DNA of 64,000 nt from Octopus sinensis (Eukaryota): NCBI RefSeq assembly GCF_006345805.1, contig NC_043008.1:28892001-28956000 (forward strand), written 5' to 3'. A program made the translations under genes and the position numbers. The notes beneath the pieces were generated by a model that saw only the letters and a list, made by a program, of their open reading frames with translations, did no database searches and was not told the DNA's origin. Of the stretch, positions 41,200-54,518 are shown piece after piece (positions within the stretch are counted from its first letter, which is position 1; every line of letters starts with the position of its first letter).

Positions 41200-41908
41200 T
41201 GTTAACATATTCTGTGAGTTAGTTGAGTATATTCTGCGCAAAGAATTTGGCTCAACAATAAGAAAACGGATACTTTAGAAAACTGGTTTCCTAAGTCATG
41301 AGGCATGATGGGTTCATCACTTTGAGCCTGAAAAAACGAGACGATACAAAGAGTGTAGACGCACCACACCTGCTCTAAAGATGGTAAAGTTTTATTTTTG
41401 TCTGCAGGGAAGGCGATGGTGTCAGATTATAGGATGCAAAATGTGGTCTGTGTAACTACTATCTTCACAAAGGTTCACAACATATAATGGATAGTAATAT
41501 GCCAACTTCCAGAAGCAGTTATAAAAGGCAATCAAGAACAAATCGCAGAAAACTGATTTGATTCACCAAGAAAAAATATCTAGCCTGCAGATTTTGAGCG
41601 TGAACCGGATAACCCCGCTCACTAATTCTCCTCATTTAGCCCTATCTGATTATCATCCTTTTCTCAGCATGAACAGCACTTGGTTGTGAACCAATATCAC
41701 ACTGATGATGACGTCATATCTGCTATCAATGACTTCTTTCATCAACAAGAAGAAAGCTTTTTCATCAATTGGATCCATGCGATGCAACACCGATGGAAGA
41801 ATTTAGACCACAAGGGGGTGAGGGTAACTATGTTGAAGAATAAATCCTATTTGGTCATATTAAATTAAATTTTCCTTCTCACACTATGAATGTTCTTGCT
41901 GCCCCTCA
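41200..41908 (+). mobile_element. mariner relic, 3' half
   Basis: WVHHFEPE-like and SAGKAM motifs; HTDDDVISAINDFFHQQEESFF...HRWK; right TIR-like ttcttgctgcccctca|TA. Confidence 0.75.
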
Positions 41909-42007
41909 TATGTATGTATGTATGTATGTTGTATGTATGTATGTATGTATGTATGTATGTATGTATGTATGTATGTATGTATTATGTATGTATGTATATA
42001 TATAATA

Positions 42008-42086
<79 letters not shown>

Positions 42087-42099
42087 TATATATATATAA

Positions 42100-43107
42100 A
42101 TGGGAGGGTGTATGAATTCTAATAGATAGTGTTGTTCAATGGAGCCACATCCGAGGAAACGCAAATAATGAATATTGTTTCACAGGGCACTGACCTGGGC
42201 CCACTGCCTTTCATAGTGGCCCTCTCTGACATGCACTCAGCTGCTCAAGTGGTCACACTCTTGCTAGCTCTGCAGACGATACAAAAATCTCTCAGCATAC
42301 AGAATACTGGAGACGTTCCGCATGTCCAACGTGATCTGGGTGCAAATTACAGGTGAGCTGAGGCAAATAGCATGCAGTTTAAGTTTTGAAAGTTCGAAGC
42401 CCTGCACTACCAGTACAGGAAGCTCAATGAGAATCAGACAGGATACATTGACCCCGGATTGATTGCAATCATTGCATCAAAATCAGTGCATGACATGGAC
42501 CTCGACATGTGTAATGATGCATCTCTCCAGGTACACATTACCAAGTTGGCAATAGAATTCAGACGCTTGGCTGGATGGATCCCTCGAACTTTTAACACTA
42601 GAGAAGTGAAAAATGTGATGGTCCTCTGGAGGAGTTTCGTTCTCAGCTGACAAGATTACTGCTCCCAGCTGTGTTCACAAAGCAGTACATAATTAACCAC
42701 ACAAAACTCGAGTTACACCAGCGAAGCTATACAAAGAAAATAGACACAATGCTGGGAGAATCTGCGAGTTAAAACTTTACTCGTTGGAGCGAAGGTGTTA
42801 AAAATATGCAGTAATATGCAGCTGGCAAATCATAGGAAATATCGTGGCAAACTTTGGCTTTCTGAGTTACATAACTAGCAGGATGTGATGCCAATGCGTA
42901 GTACCAAATATCCTATATCCAGAATACAGGAACATATACTGCAACAGCTTGGGAATCAATGGCTCACAGTTCTTCTATATCCTCCCACAAAAACCTGAGA
43001 GACCTGCATGGTGTGGATGTCTCAGAACAAAACTGGATCTACTTATCTCGAGAGTTCTGGATGAATCTTCCTGAAGGAAAGAAACACAGATGAGTGAGGC
43101 AAAGTTA

Positions 43108-43186
<79 letters not shown>

Positions 43187-43195
43187 GAAGAAGAA
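42100..43195 (+). mobile_element. 5'-truncated CR1/L2-group LINE, decayed RT C-terminus with (GAT)n tail
   Basis: NGATS...VSQGTDLGPL; RRLAGWIPRTFNTREVKNVMVLWRSFVL; DYCSQL; YSLERR. Confidence 0.82.
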
Positions 43196-44339
43196 TTAAG
43201 TGAGCACTGTTTCGGTTGTGGTTGTTGTTCCGGCGATGGAGTTGTCGAATATTAGTAAATGCTCTGGAAGTGTTTCATTATGACTAATGGTTATGGCGAC
43301 GTTGGAGGCAATTCTGATGTATTATAAGTTGAATAAAAGTACTAACTGATTTAGTTTTTTTGTTATAATATTACAACTTATGTGACGGCAAAGTGATTAA
43401 GTTGATTGAACACCAACACATACATACACACGCACCCGCGCAGACACACAAACATATACATTAGTGTACACATACTCATCTACAGGCAAGTCTACTCCAG
43501 TATTTAGCGAAGCAGGTACGTGTTAATGAATTACATATTAATGCTTCTACGTTTACAGTTAATGTGTCTTCTCCACCGTGGTTGCCTCTGTCTTGCCTCT
43601 GTTGTATTTGTTGCTTTTGATGCTGTTCATATAGTTTCGGCTGCAGTAACTGCAATAAATAAGTTAACACCATGATTTATGGTATTTTATAACTTGAAGC
43701 ATGTTTGCTAGCGAATACCGAAGCGAAATCCATTGCAATTTAAAAGGAATTCATCTGTGAATTACTGCTAATTACCAAGTCATTCAACTGTTGAGATGTG
43801 TCAAGAATAGGCGTAAAGCAAAGTATATAACCATTAACACCCAATCCTTCGTCATGTTATTGAAAGTAATGATATTAATTTTAAATCTTTAGACTATATA
43901 GAGGATTTTCTCTAATCTATTAGTGTCCTGCAATTTCTCTCTACACATTTCAGCTCACCGTTCAAATCCATTTTCTCTCTTTTCAATTTGGTTTCATTAT
44001 TTCTCTGCAACAGTTCAAAAATATATATACATGTACACACACACGCACATACACATACATTTATATATACGTCCTATATATATATATATATATACATACA
44101 TATATGTGTGTGTGTGTATGTATGCATGTTTGTGTGCGTGCGCCTGCGTGTGTATGCTGCTTTTTAGTACTCTATTATTCGTCCTAACACCTGCACCTAG
44201 ACTGTGCCTTTAATCCATTTCCAGTTAATGAACGTATATCTCGGAATTACAAGAGAGTTAGATACCTGTCTGATGTTATCTAACGGCTCTTTACTCGTCT
44301 GAATAATTATTATTTAGTCAATATTATTTATATTCTTCA

Positions 44340-44550
44340 GGTAATGAGTTGGCTGAATCGTTAGCAACCGGCCGAAAATCTTAGCGGTTTTTCGTCTGTC
44401 TTAACGTTCTAAGTTCAAATTCCGCCGAGGTCGACTTGGCCTTTCATCCGTTCGTGGTCGATAAATTAAGTACCAGTTGCAGCCTGGGGTCGTTCGCATC
44501 GACTAGTTCCTTCATTCAAAATTTCGAGCCTTGTGCCTAGAGTGGAATTG
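44340..44550 (+). mobile_element. SINE (aggcggc-head family)
   Basis: gttcaaattccgccgaggtcgacttggcctttcatcc...gtcgataaattaagtaccag. Confidence 0.82.
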
Positions 44551-44593
44551 TATCATTAGCCCGCGCGGAAAGCGCGCACGCGCACACACAATG

Positions 44594-44672
<79 letters not shown>

Positions 44673-44905
44673 TTGTATAGAGGGGGTATATTTATATTGA
44701 AGTGATTTTACAACTATTATTACTATTATCATTTCTTAAATATACCCACGAAACACGTGTCGTTATTTTAACAAATACATACGTTTTATTTACTATTTTG
44801 CATATTAATCATTGTTATATGTTTTATCTTATATTTAATCTTTCTATAATATGTAATTTTTGTAAATGGTATAATGTAATGTTTCATTATTGAATTAATA
44901 AAATG

Positions 44906-44991
<86 letters not shown>

Positions 44992-45063
44992 ATATAATAA
45001 TAAGGGTAAATAATTTTCAGACAACCAACAATTATTTACCGGTATGTAAATATGACCTTTAGC

Positions 45064-45585
45064 GGCGGGAACTTCTGTGGAGTTCAGTATATATACTATA
45101 TATATGCAAAAGGGCAGGCAACAGGTTGCTCTGCCGCATACCGAAAGAGTTAGAAATAGCAGTCAAAGACTGTTTATTTCCATTTTCTACAAGTGGGAGC
45201 TCCATATACGACATAACCCTGCAATTCACATACGCAAAATAGGAGGTGTAAATAAACGAAAACAATGCCTTACCGTTAATAGTGAACATGTTTCTAGATC
45301 GTAGGTGAGAAATTGCCTTATGTCTTTCTTCAGCACCATCTTCGTTAGATTTATCAAATGCCACCAACCTCCACTTTTGACCAGGCGTCATCAAATAGAA
45401 GTTCCACAGAAGTTCCCGCCGGTATTAACGGTAAGGCATTGTTTTCGTTTATTTACTCCTCCTATTTTACGTATGTGAATTGCAGGGTTATGTCGTATAT
45501 GGGGGCCCCCACTTGTAGAAAATGGAAATAAACAGTCTTTGACTGCTATTTCGAATTCTTTCGGTATGCGGCAGAGCAACCTGTT
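45064..45585 (-). mobile_element. Rearranged non-coding element A-B-C-HHR-A(inverted)-B(inverted), probably PLE-derived
   Basis: 45120-45281 vs 45423-45585 inverted (about 160 bp, few differences); 45064-45085 vs 45398-45420 inverted; (TA)n flanks. Confidence 0.85.
45278..45340 (-). ncRNA. Minimal type I hammerhead motif, canonical core
   Basis: Minus strand gatggtg CTGAAGA a aga...tct a GAAA catg T T cactatt; palindromic ACATGT; stem I has G-U pairs; weak stem II. Confidence 0.62.
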
Positions 45586-45600
45586 ACATATATATATATA

Positions 45601-46175
45601 GGTTCTTCTCACTCAACTCATGTCTTCTCACTCAACTCATGTCGTACCCAAACATCGTAGCAATTTGTGTACCCAAACTTTACCAGATGCTCCTGAACGA
45701 CGGATTTTGATAGGTTGAGTCTTTCTGCTAATTTTCGGGTTGTGCAATGTGGGTTATTCCCAATTAATGACTTGATTTGGTCATCAACTGTAGTGATTTG
45801 TCTACCTGATCGCTCTTTACCAATAAGGCTACAATCTCATCTCGGAACCTTGCGAACCACTTCCGTACAATTCTTTCGGATAATTAAACGTCACCGTAAA
45901 CAGCTCATATTTCTTTGGTTGCTTGTGAGGCATTTTTCCCTTTTCGGAAAAGAAAAGCATCAAGAGCCGAAAATGAACTTTCTTATCTTCCAATTTAAAG
46001 GGTTACAGAATTAGCACAGGTTATAGGAACATAAAACTTCTTCCACGAAAAGATAGCTTAAATTGTGTTCTAAATGGAGGTGTAGTCAGATCCTATTTTA
46101 TGGACTCATCCATGTTCTAAAATATGTCGAAACGTAAGCCACTATAAATCGGCATGAACTTTCCGGACAACCCAA
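45601..46175 (-). mobile_element. mariner relic, 5' half
   Basis: TIR TA|ttgggttgtccggaaagttc; KGKNASQATKEI*AVYGD...SERIVRKWFARFRD; DVWV..HELSEK-like. Confidence 0.85.
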
Positions 46176-46343
46176 TATATATATATATGCTAATTTTCAG
46201 TCATCTGTTATTCGTTCTAAAACCCCCACGTAAAACTGCCTTTTATGAGCGTATATCGAGAGATTACGAGAGAGTTAGGTAGCAGCCATAAGTTATCTAT
46301 CAGCTTTTATTACAGTGAATTGTTATTATTATTTATATTGTAA

Positions 46344-46567
46344 AGGCGGTGAGATGGCAGAAAAATTAGCTCATCGGAAAGCTGCTTAGCAGCATTTTAT
46401 GATCTGAGTATGCATCTTTATGATCTGAGTGCAAATTCGCCGCGGTCGACTTGGCTTTTTATCTCCTTTGCTAACGGCAAAATAAATACTACTCAATAAT
46501 TGAGGTAGATGTCATTGACATTCTTTCCACCGAAAATTGCTTGCCTTGTTCCAAAATTGGAAACCAA
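46344..46567 (+). mobile_element. SINE (aggcggc-head family)
   Basis: aaggcggtgagatggcagaa...gcaaattcgccgcggtcgacttggc...ccttgttccaaaattggaaacc. Confidence 0.72.
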
Positions 46568-47499
46568 TATCATTTATTTCCTTTAACCGTGAAAGCTTTA
46601 AAAACGAGTGACACTAACCTAGTTCTCAAATTCATCTTTTTTTAAACAAAATAAAAGGCATTTTAGAGTTTTAATACAATATATTCATATTTACATTTGT
46701 ACGTAATAAGTGTATTACTCCTTAAAGGATCGTCTACATTTCATTATATAAGTTTCTCCTCTTGAAGGCCACCACTAGTACTTCAAATTCATCAAAAGTT
46801 GTTTTTCCTTTGCATCCTAGTAGTTTTAAGCTCCGTGAATATTAATGTTATTTTTACACATATACTATCAATCTTGGAAGTAAGTTCGCTGTATGGGATT
46901 TTTAATGCCAGTTGATCTTTTTTGAATGTGTAATTTGACTTACATCTTAACTATGGATTTAATTTTATCACTGACACTGTTGTTTCTTCTGCACGGTCGT
47001 AATAGACGTTGCACTTTGTATTACCTAATCGGCTATTGCTAAACGGCTTTAAATATGCTAACATTAATCCTGAAATGCATTAACTTCCTGTCCGTGTACT
47101 GGGTGTATAGAACCGGTATAGAATCAGAAAATTAAGTGTCATTCAAATGCATTAAGCAGATCCTGATTGAATCATTACTTTAGAAAGCAACTTCCTTATG
47201 ATGAGGCTCAATTTATGTGTGGCAAATAAATATACGAGTAGTTTAAAAGATGATTGCGTTCGTGTGCGATTTCGGTTTACATCCGTTTTCGCATCATTTT
47301 GACTAATGTGTATTTCACTAATATGTTTTTACATTACATCGGCTCGAACAACTTCTATCGACTGAATCACTCTTCACTTGAATTGATAGTTTCTCATCGG
47401 ATCTTTTCGGCGTTTTGTTGATAACGTAAACCCATAGGTTATTATGGAAATGCGCTGAATTCCTCTAAATTATCTCGAATATATGCGTCGGGTAAAAAT

Positions 47500-47715
47500 C
47501 TTCATTCCAAATATTGGTAAAATGTCAGCAAGTTCGGAGAGATTGTGTAAGTCGGTTACATCGACCCAACAACTCAACCGGTACTTAAAATATCAACCCA
47601 GAAACGATAAAGACAACGTCAACCTCAGAAAAATTTGAACTCGGAACGTGAAGACGTACGAAGCACAGCTAAGGATTATGCCAGACGCATTAACGAATCA
47701 GCCTTCTCGACCCAT
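47500..47715 (-). mobile_element. SINE (same family), decayed
   Basis: aagtcggttacatcgaccc...ggtactta...aatttgaactcggaacg. Confidence 0.7.
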
Positions 47716-47996
47716 GTAGGATTGACAAATATTACAAGGGGAATATATATATTTTGATATATTCACTTCAATCTGTGTGTGTGTCTGTGAATGTGCATCA
47801 CAAAAACTCGAGAAGCACCAAAAGCATTTCATTCAAATTTTACATATGCACAACGTAAATGCAATGCAGTGACAAGGTACAAAAATATTTTGAAATTTCT
47901 GCCTAATGTGAGCCCAGAATAATCCGTAAGATTATTTCGGTATTACGTGTCAAAAGTGAAACTATTATCTCACATAACATATATACATGTATATAA

Positions 47997-48110
<114 letters not shown>

Positions 48111-48129
48111 TATATATTATATATATATA

Positions 48130-49790
48130 ACCAAAGATAGCAACTTCTATGGATTACCTAAATTTCATAAAAGCTCTGAAATATAGAGAGCCATAAAGGA
48201 ACAGAGGAACCACTATATAAGAATACAAAGGCCTGCAGGCCTCAGAATGAGGCCAATAGTGGCAGGACCACAGGCACCAACACAACAACTAAGCCACTTC
48301 ATAGATGTACTCCTCAAACCTTTATGCCTACAGATACCAAGCTACATAAGGAATGACATAGACGTCCTGACACACATTCCAAATACAGTTCCAAAAAACA
48401 CCATACTTACAAGCTTCGATGCCACAAACATATACACGAACATACCACACACCCTAGGTAGCAATAAAACAATCGGTAGGAAAATACACGGAACTCATAG
48501 ACGAACGTTTCAAGACAGACTTTATAACCCTAGCCACCCAATTAATACTCGAGGAAAATACATTCTCACTCAACAACAAAACATACAGACAGTTAAAGGG
48601 CACGGCTATGGTTACAACATTCGCACCTTCATATACCAACCTGGTGATGAGTTTCCTTGAAAACAAACTGTACGATGAAATAGTGAAAGTCTTCGAACAC
48701 GACTTCAGGGAAGACATCAAGAAAAATTGGAAGCGCTACCTCGATGACTGCTTCATCTTTTGGAATAGAGCAGAAGAAGACCTTCGAACATTCCACAACA
48801 TGCTCAACACGCTGCAGCCATCTATCAACGTTACAATAGATACCAGCCACAACGAACTTCCCTTCCTAGACATCAACATCAAGATACACAACACCATCAT
48901 CACAACAGACATCCACTACAAAAAACCGACACACACCAATATTTAAATTTCCACTCCTGCCACCCATCCCACATAAAAAGAAACATCTCATATAGTATGG
49001 CAAGACGCATATGTACCATAGTAACTGACTCACAAACACGCCTAATAACACTAGATGAACTTAAAAACTTCCTACTAGAACAAAAATACCCCCTTAAACT
49101 AATAAAAATGGAATCTCAAGAGCAATGAAACTAAACATCGTACAACTCAGGACACCCAAAACAAAAAAAAACAAAGAAAACATTATACCTTTCATAAACA
49201 CACACAACCCTGGAGTTACCAACATGTTCCAAATCATACATTCAAACCTACCAATAGTTTTACAAAGCCCCAAAATGGAAAACATACTAAACAAATATTG
49301 CATAAAAAACAGTAGACGACAAGACAAAAACCTAAAGAAACATCTAACATGAGCGAAATTCTCATCAGAAACTAAAACTGAATTCTTTGTAAAAGAGTGC
49401 GGAGATGGTAGATGTGGGATCTGCAGTAACCCCACCTACAAATACATAAAAGGAAGCAAAAAATGAAATTTAAAAGTGGTCACATATTTAAAATGAATGC
49501 AGTTATGAACTGCAAATCGCAGAACGTAATATACTGCATAACCTGCCCCACGTGCAAGGAGGATTACATAGGTGAAACTGAAAATTCTTTATGCCAAGAA
49601 GCCACGATTCACCGACAACATGTCCGACAAGAGGAACTGCGCAAGGTACCACCGAGTAAACATCTAGATACATGTGAAGGAAAATTTAAGAACTTTCCCT
49701 TCTACAAATGTCCAAAGAATGACACCTCCTTCAGGAGGAATGTGGAAAAATAGTTCATAACTAAGATATCCCACAAATTGAATGGCTGAA
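48130..49790 (+). mobile_element. Penelope-like element, 5'-truncated RT + GIY-YIG relic (Neptune-like)
   Basis: FYGLPKFHK; RPIVAG; SFDATNIYTNIP; FAPSYTNL; RYLDDCF (YLDD 48737-48748); NCKSQNVIYCITCPTCKEDYIGET; frameshifted; between (TA)n and (CA)n. Confidence 0.93.
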
Positions 49791-50171
49791 AATATCTCTA
49801 TAATAAGCTGTACCAGATGAAGGACCACACACACACACGCACAAACACGTACACACACGCACACACACATATGCTCTTTCTCTCTCGCTCATTTTCTCCT
49901 CCTTCAACACCTCTTGTACTATCTTACATCCCTTCCCAACACTACACACTCTATATCACAATAAAATGGTCAAAACGTTTTCACAAATACATAGTTCGAT
50001 TTGAAAACCCCCACTACAATGGGAGAAAGCGCTAATACGTGATATATCATATAAGTTATATGATGTATAAAAACATGTATTATAGAAATAAATATCTGCA
50101 AATATAAGACCATCCGAATTCCTGAGTACCTTATTTCTTCTAATATAAAATACATATATATATATATATAT

Positions 50172-50214
<43 letters not shown>

Positions 50215-50248
50215 TGGTTATAGATATATATATATATATTATATATAT

Positions 50249-50300
<52 letters not shown>

Positions 50301-50328
50301 ATACATATACATCTATATATTATATATG

Positions 50329-50361
<33 letters not shown>

Positions 50362-50764
50362 GTATGTATATAGGGGTAAAAAATGAAAAATCAACGAAAA
50401 TGCACATTTTAAATAAAGAAAAGGCTTTTTTATGACAGGTAACGACAAATATATACATTTAGATGGACTGAGGTAGTAATAAAAGTCAGAAAGTCATTAT
50501 TATAAGATGACTATAAGATGATAATAAAGTCAGAAAACGAAGCGTACCATGGTTCAACAAAGCTATTCATCGCTTTTCAAATGTAACTTCTATTTTACCC
50601 AAGACCACATGAAAATTCATGCTTCATTTGAAAACATTTTGCAAGCTCGATATCTCTCTTGGACACAATTATTAATAATAGTAGAAACAAATTTCATTAA
50701 TTTTAAAACTTATTGTGATGTTCAAATGTTCGACGTATTTCAAATATGCCAAACGGAGTCATCC

Positions 50765-51270
50765 TAGAACAGACTAATATGCCAAGCATGCATGCCCTCC
50801 TCGTGCGGAGACGACTGCGCTGAATCGGACACGTCTGCCGCATGCAGGACGGTCGCATGCCTAAAGACAACCTGTACAGCGAACTCACCACGGGATCCCG
50901 ACCCAAGGGACGTCCACAGCTACGATACAGGGATGTGTGCAAGCGCGACCTGAGGACTGCCAACATCTGTGTGGACACGTGGGAGGTAACAGCTGCTGAC
51001 CGCTCTGCCTGGCGTCGGACAGTGAGGAAAGGCGTTTCCATGGCTGAGGAAAGGAGAGCACAGCTGTGGTCGGACAGGCGGGACAGGAGCAGGACAACTG
51101 CAGCAACACCCCACACGTACCCATGGATGTTCGTGTGCAGCAACTGTACCAGGGACTGCCACTCTAGAATTGGACTGCTCAGTCACAGCAGACGCTGCTC
51201 ATCATCAAAGTAGGCCCCACCCTTGGCGCGACCCATTGTCTATCAAGACAGACGGGAAGAAGAGAGAAGA
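50765..51270 (+). mobile_element. 5'-truncated RTE-clade LINE, 3' end
   Basis: RRLR*IGHVCRMQDGRMPKDNLYSEL...GRPQLRYRDVCKRDL...DRSAWR...CSNCTRDCHSRIGLLSHSRRC; short 3' UTR. Confidence 0.92.
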
Positions 51271-51275
51271 TATAT

Positions 51276-51332
<57 letters not shown>

Positions 51333-51338
51333 TATATA

Positions 51339-51374
<36 letters not shown>

Positions 51375-51408
51375 AATTATATATATATATATATTATATA
51401 TATATATA

Positions 51409-52119
51409 AAATGTGAGGATAAAATTCTTTTCCAAAAGAAAAAATTTTTCTCGAAAAAATTTTATCAATGGCCAGCATATTAAAAATACCTTTAACGGTT
51501 AAATTTATAAACAATTCATAAATGAGGGCAAAGAGTAGCGTGCGTATTGTGAAAAAATTATATGGTTAATGGACAATATGTCCAATTTTTCGGCATATTT
51601 GGCATTAGAAATTTTTTTCCTTTGCCCTCATTTATGAATTGTTTATGAACTTAACCGTTAAAGGTATTTTTTAATATGTTGGCCAGTGATCATTTTTATT
51701 TCGAGAAAATTTTTTTTTTCGAAAAGAATTTTATCCTCACATTTGATATAAATTTAAGCGTTCACTTCCGAAGTAACTAACCCAATCTGTGAGAGCCTCA
51801 GTTCAAATCGCACGTGACTCGAATGGGCTGGAGTACTTCTATTTTGGATGTATTTGGGGTACTTAGTTGTGCCCGTGACTTAGTATTTGCTTCTTCTATG
51901 GGTATTTCATATATTTCTTTTGCCACATGTATCACCGACGAAGAGAGGGCTCTTAGTAGCTAACTCTGAAATCCGACCGATATGGTAAAAATGGAATTTC
52001 TTAGAAATTTCTGTCGACCTTTTTTGCGTATTGTGAAAAAAGTATATGATTAATGGACAATACGTCCAATGTTTCGGCATATTTGGCATTAGAATTTTTT
52101 TCCATTGCCCTCATTTATG

Positions 52120-52123
<4 letters not shown>
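51409..52123. repeat. Fold-back plus partial tandem non-coding repeat (PLE pLTR-like architecture)
   Basis: 51409-51533 vs 51620-51744 inverted; 51541-51640 vs 52025-52123 direct; (TA)n flanks. Confidence 0.85.
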
Positions 52124-52175
<52 letters not shown>

Positions 52176-52271
52176 CGGGAAGGTTTACCAAAATAAACAA
52201 AAGACGAAGGCAGGTGGAGTACAAACAAACATATGTATTAGTATGGCGTTCAGGAATAGAATTAGAACAAT

Positions 52272-52309
52272 TCTTTTACGTTTTGAGCCTACGCTCTTCG
52301 ACAGAAAGA
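52272..52309 (-). ncRNA. Decayed minimal hammerhead-like motif (A6U core, G12A)
   Basis: Minus strand tcttt CTGTCGA a gagc gtag gctc AAAA cg T A aaaga; palindromic ACGT. Confidence 0.5.
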
Positions 52310-54411
52310 TACACAGAAAAGAAACAAGGAGAGAAAAAATGAGAGAAAAAAATGCGTGTAGGAGCTAACGGTATACTCAAACTAAGCAACAAGGATATCC
52401 AAGGAAGTATAGTACAATCATTTCATGCTACTTCATTTTATTAAACAATGTATATATTACATCAGTTTCAAAATGTAGAACAATCTTCACCGATATATAG
52501 ATTTTTTAAAACATTTAATGGACAATGCACATTTTTATATTTATTTCATTTGGCAACATTATAAACAAGGTAGATATATTGACAGTGAGGTTAATTTCAT
52601 CATTAGGAACATGGTAGTAGAAGGTCCTTCTCCATCTGTAGATTTTATCACAGAGTTCACTTTGTTATTAAGATTTATGAATGGGGAGGGGGTTTCTTTA
52701 TTTTGTTCAATGGAGACAAACAAGAATTGCTTCTATTCATAGATAGCCGAAGGAATAGCACAAATGTTGACGCCATAAATCCATCCCCATTTTGAGGAAT
52801 ATCACTTAGGCATATCAAAGTTAGGCTGATAAAACTGGAAACCTATATACACTTGATTATCCAACGTACAGTAAACTTATTAGAAAAGAACTGAACTTGA
52901 GATATAAAATTACTACGATTTAGCCGACAGGACAGAAACTTTAACAGCGTGTGAACCTAAAATTAATGTTCAAGACCGCAAGAAAAATTTCTGTGAGAAC
53001 CCTTCTGTAAGATTTATATGTCCAACTAAGTCAGATAGTGGCCGACTTAGTAAATCTATTTTGGACAATATTCTGCCCCATATAATCCCTAACCTTTCCT
53101 TGAAATTATGGATTAACACTGATGAGGTAATCAATTGGTTTAAATCCTTAAATAATAATAGCTGATATTCATTCATCCAATTTGATATTAATAACTACTA
53201 TTCTAGTATATCCCCTTATCCCCTATTCTCTTAAATAAATTACTAATTTATGCTAAAATGCTCTCTCTCATAACTCGGGAAGAAATTGATATTATTTTAC
53301 TAGCTAGAAAAACTATCATTGAATTTGAGGGAAACTTGTCTACTAGAGCTGATACCCCAAATAATTTTGATATACCCATGGGCTCTAGATATTCTGCGGA
53401 GGTAATTAATTATTAGGAACATATATATTAAAATGCATATATAGAGATCCCCGAATTACAAAGGGGTTTATATGGGAATGATGCATTATTGATCGTACGT
53501 AGTAATAATAAATCGATAATTGGGAGAATAAGGAAGAAAGTTAATTGATTTTTCAAAGATTTCAACTTAGGTATCACTTATGAATATAACACTAATATAG
53601 TTAACTTTCTAGATGTTACTTTAGATTTAAACTCAAAATTATATTACCCATACAGAAAAGATGGTGATGTTACTAGATACGTAAACAATTTATCAAATCA
53701 CCCCCTTAATATACTGAAATCGATAATGAAAAATATTTCAAGAAGAATTTCAAAATTATCATCTAACAATGAAATTTTTAATTCTCACTCACATCATTAC
53801 AATGTTGCCTTATCGATAGTAGAATATGACCAGGAAATCACCTTCCTAGATCTTGATAATATAAATCTTTCAAATGAAGAATTGAATGAAAGTAACTCAA
53901 ATAATATAGAATCTTCAACTTTAAAAATATATAAATCAACCAAAACAGATAACCTAGTATATAAACCCGATACAATAAATAGAAATGGCAAACAGGTCAT
54001 AAATAAGTATAAAACGTTTAAGCAAGATAAAATAAATACAAGTAATAATATAAAAATCTCTCCCACTGATAAAAAAACCTAACAAATATAAATATAGATT
54101 AAATGGTATAACAATCTCTGAATGATATAGATAACATTAATCTTTCCCACCCTTACTCAAATAAAAAAAAATCAAAAAAAGCAAATGCTGTATGGTTAAA
54201 TATTCCGAAACATATACGGCAAATTTATGTCCATACTAGAAACGAACTTCCCTGATTTTCATAAATATTATAAAATAATTTCTAATAAATCAGTGAGAAT
54301 GTAATACATTGCTCTTCCAAATATGGGTATCATAATAGCTAGACTAAATAGATAAAATATTAAGTTAGCCATAAATGTTATAAATAGCAACAACACAACA
54401 ACAACAACAAC

Positions 54412-54453
<42 letters not shown>

Positions 54454-54518
54454 GATGATGATGATGATAATAATAATGATAATAATAATAATAATAATGA
54501 TAATAATAATAATAATAA

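Noticed and set aside
45605-45642. 19-bp tandem duplication ttctcactcaactcatgtc
   Set aside because: Local slippage at the broken end of a mariner relic; only two copies and no spacer, so not CRISPR-like.
51505-51600. atgag-ggca...tgcc-GAAA on the minus strand
   Set aside because: The core reads TAAATGA in both copies and no stem III/UH arrangement fits.
53100-53125. CTGATGA in the PLE RT; likewise CTGAAGA at about 56967 and CTGAGGA at about 32347
   Set aside because: These are coding sequence without GAAA or stems.
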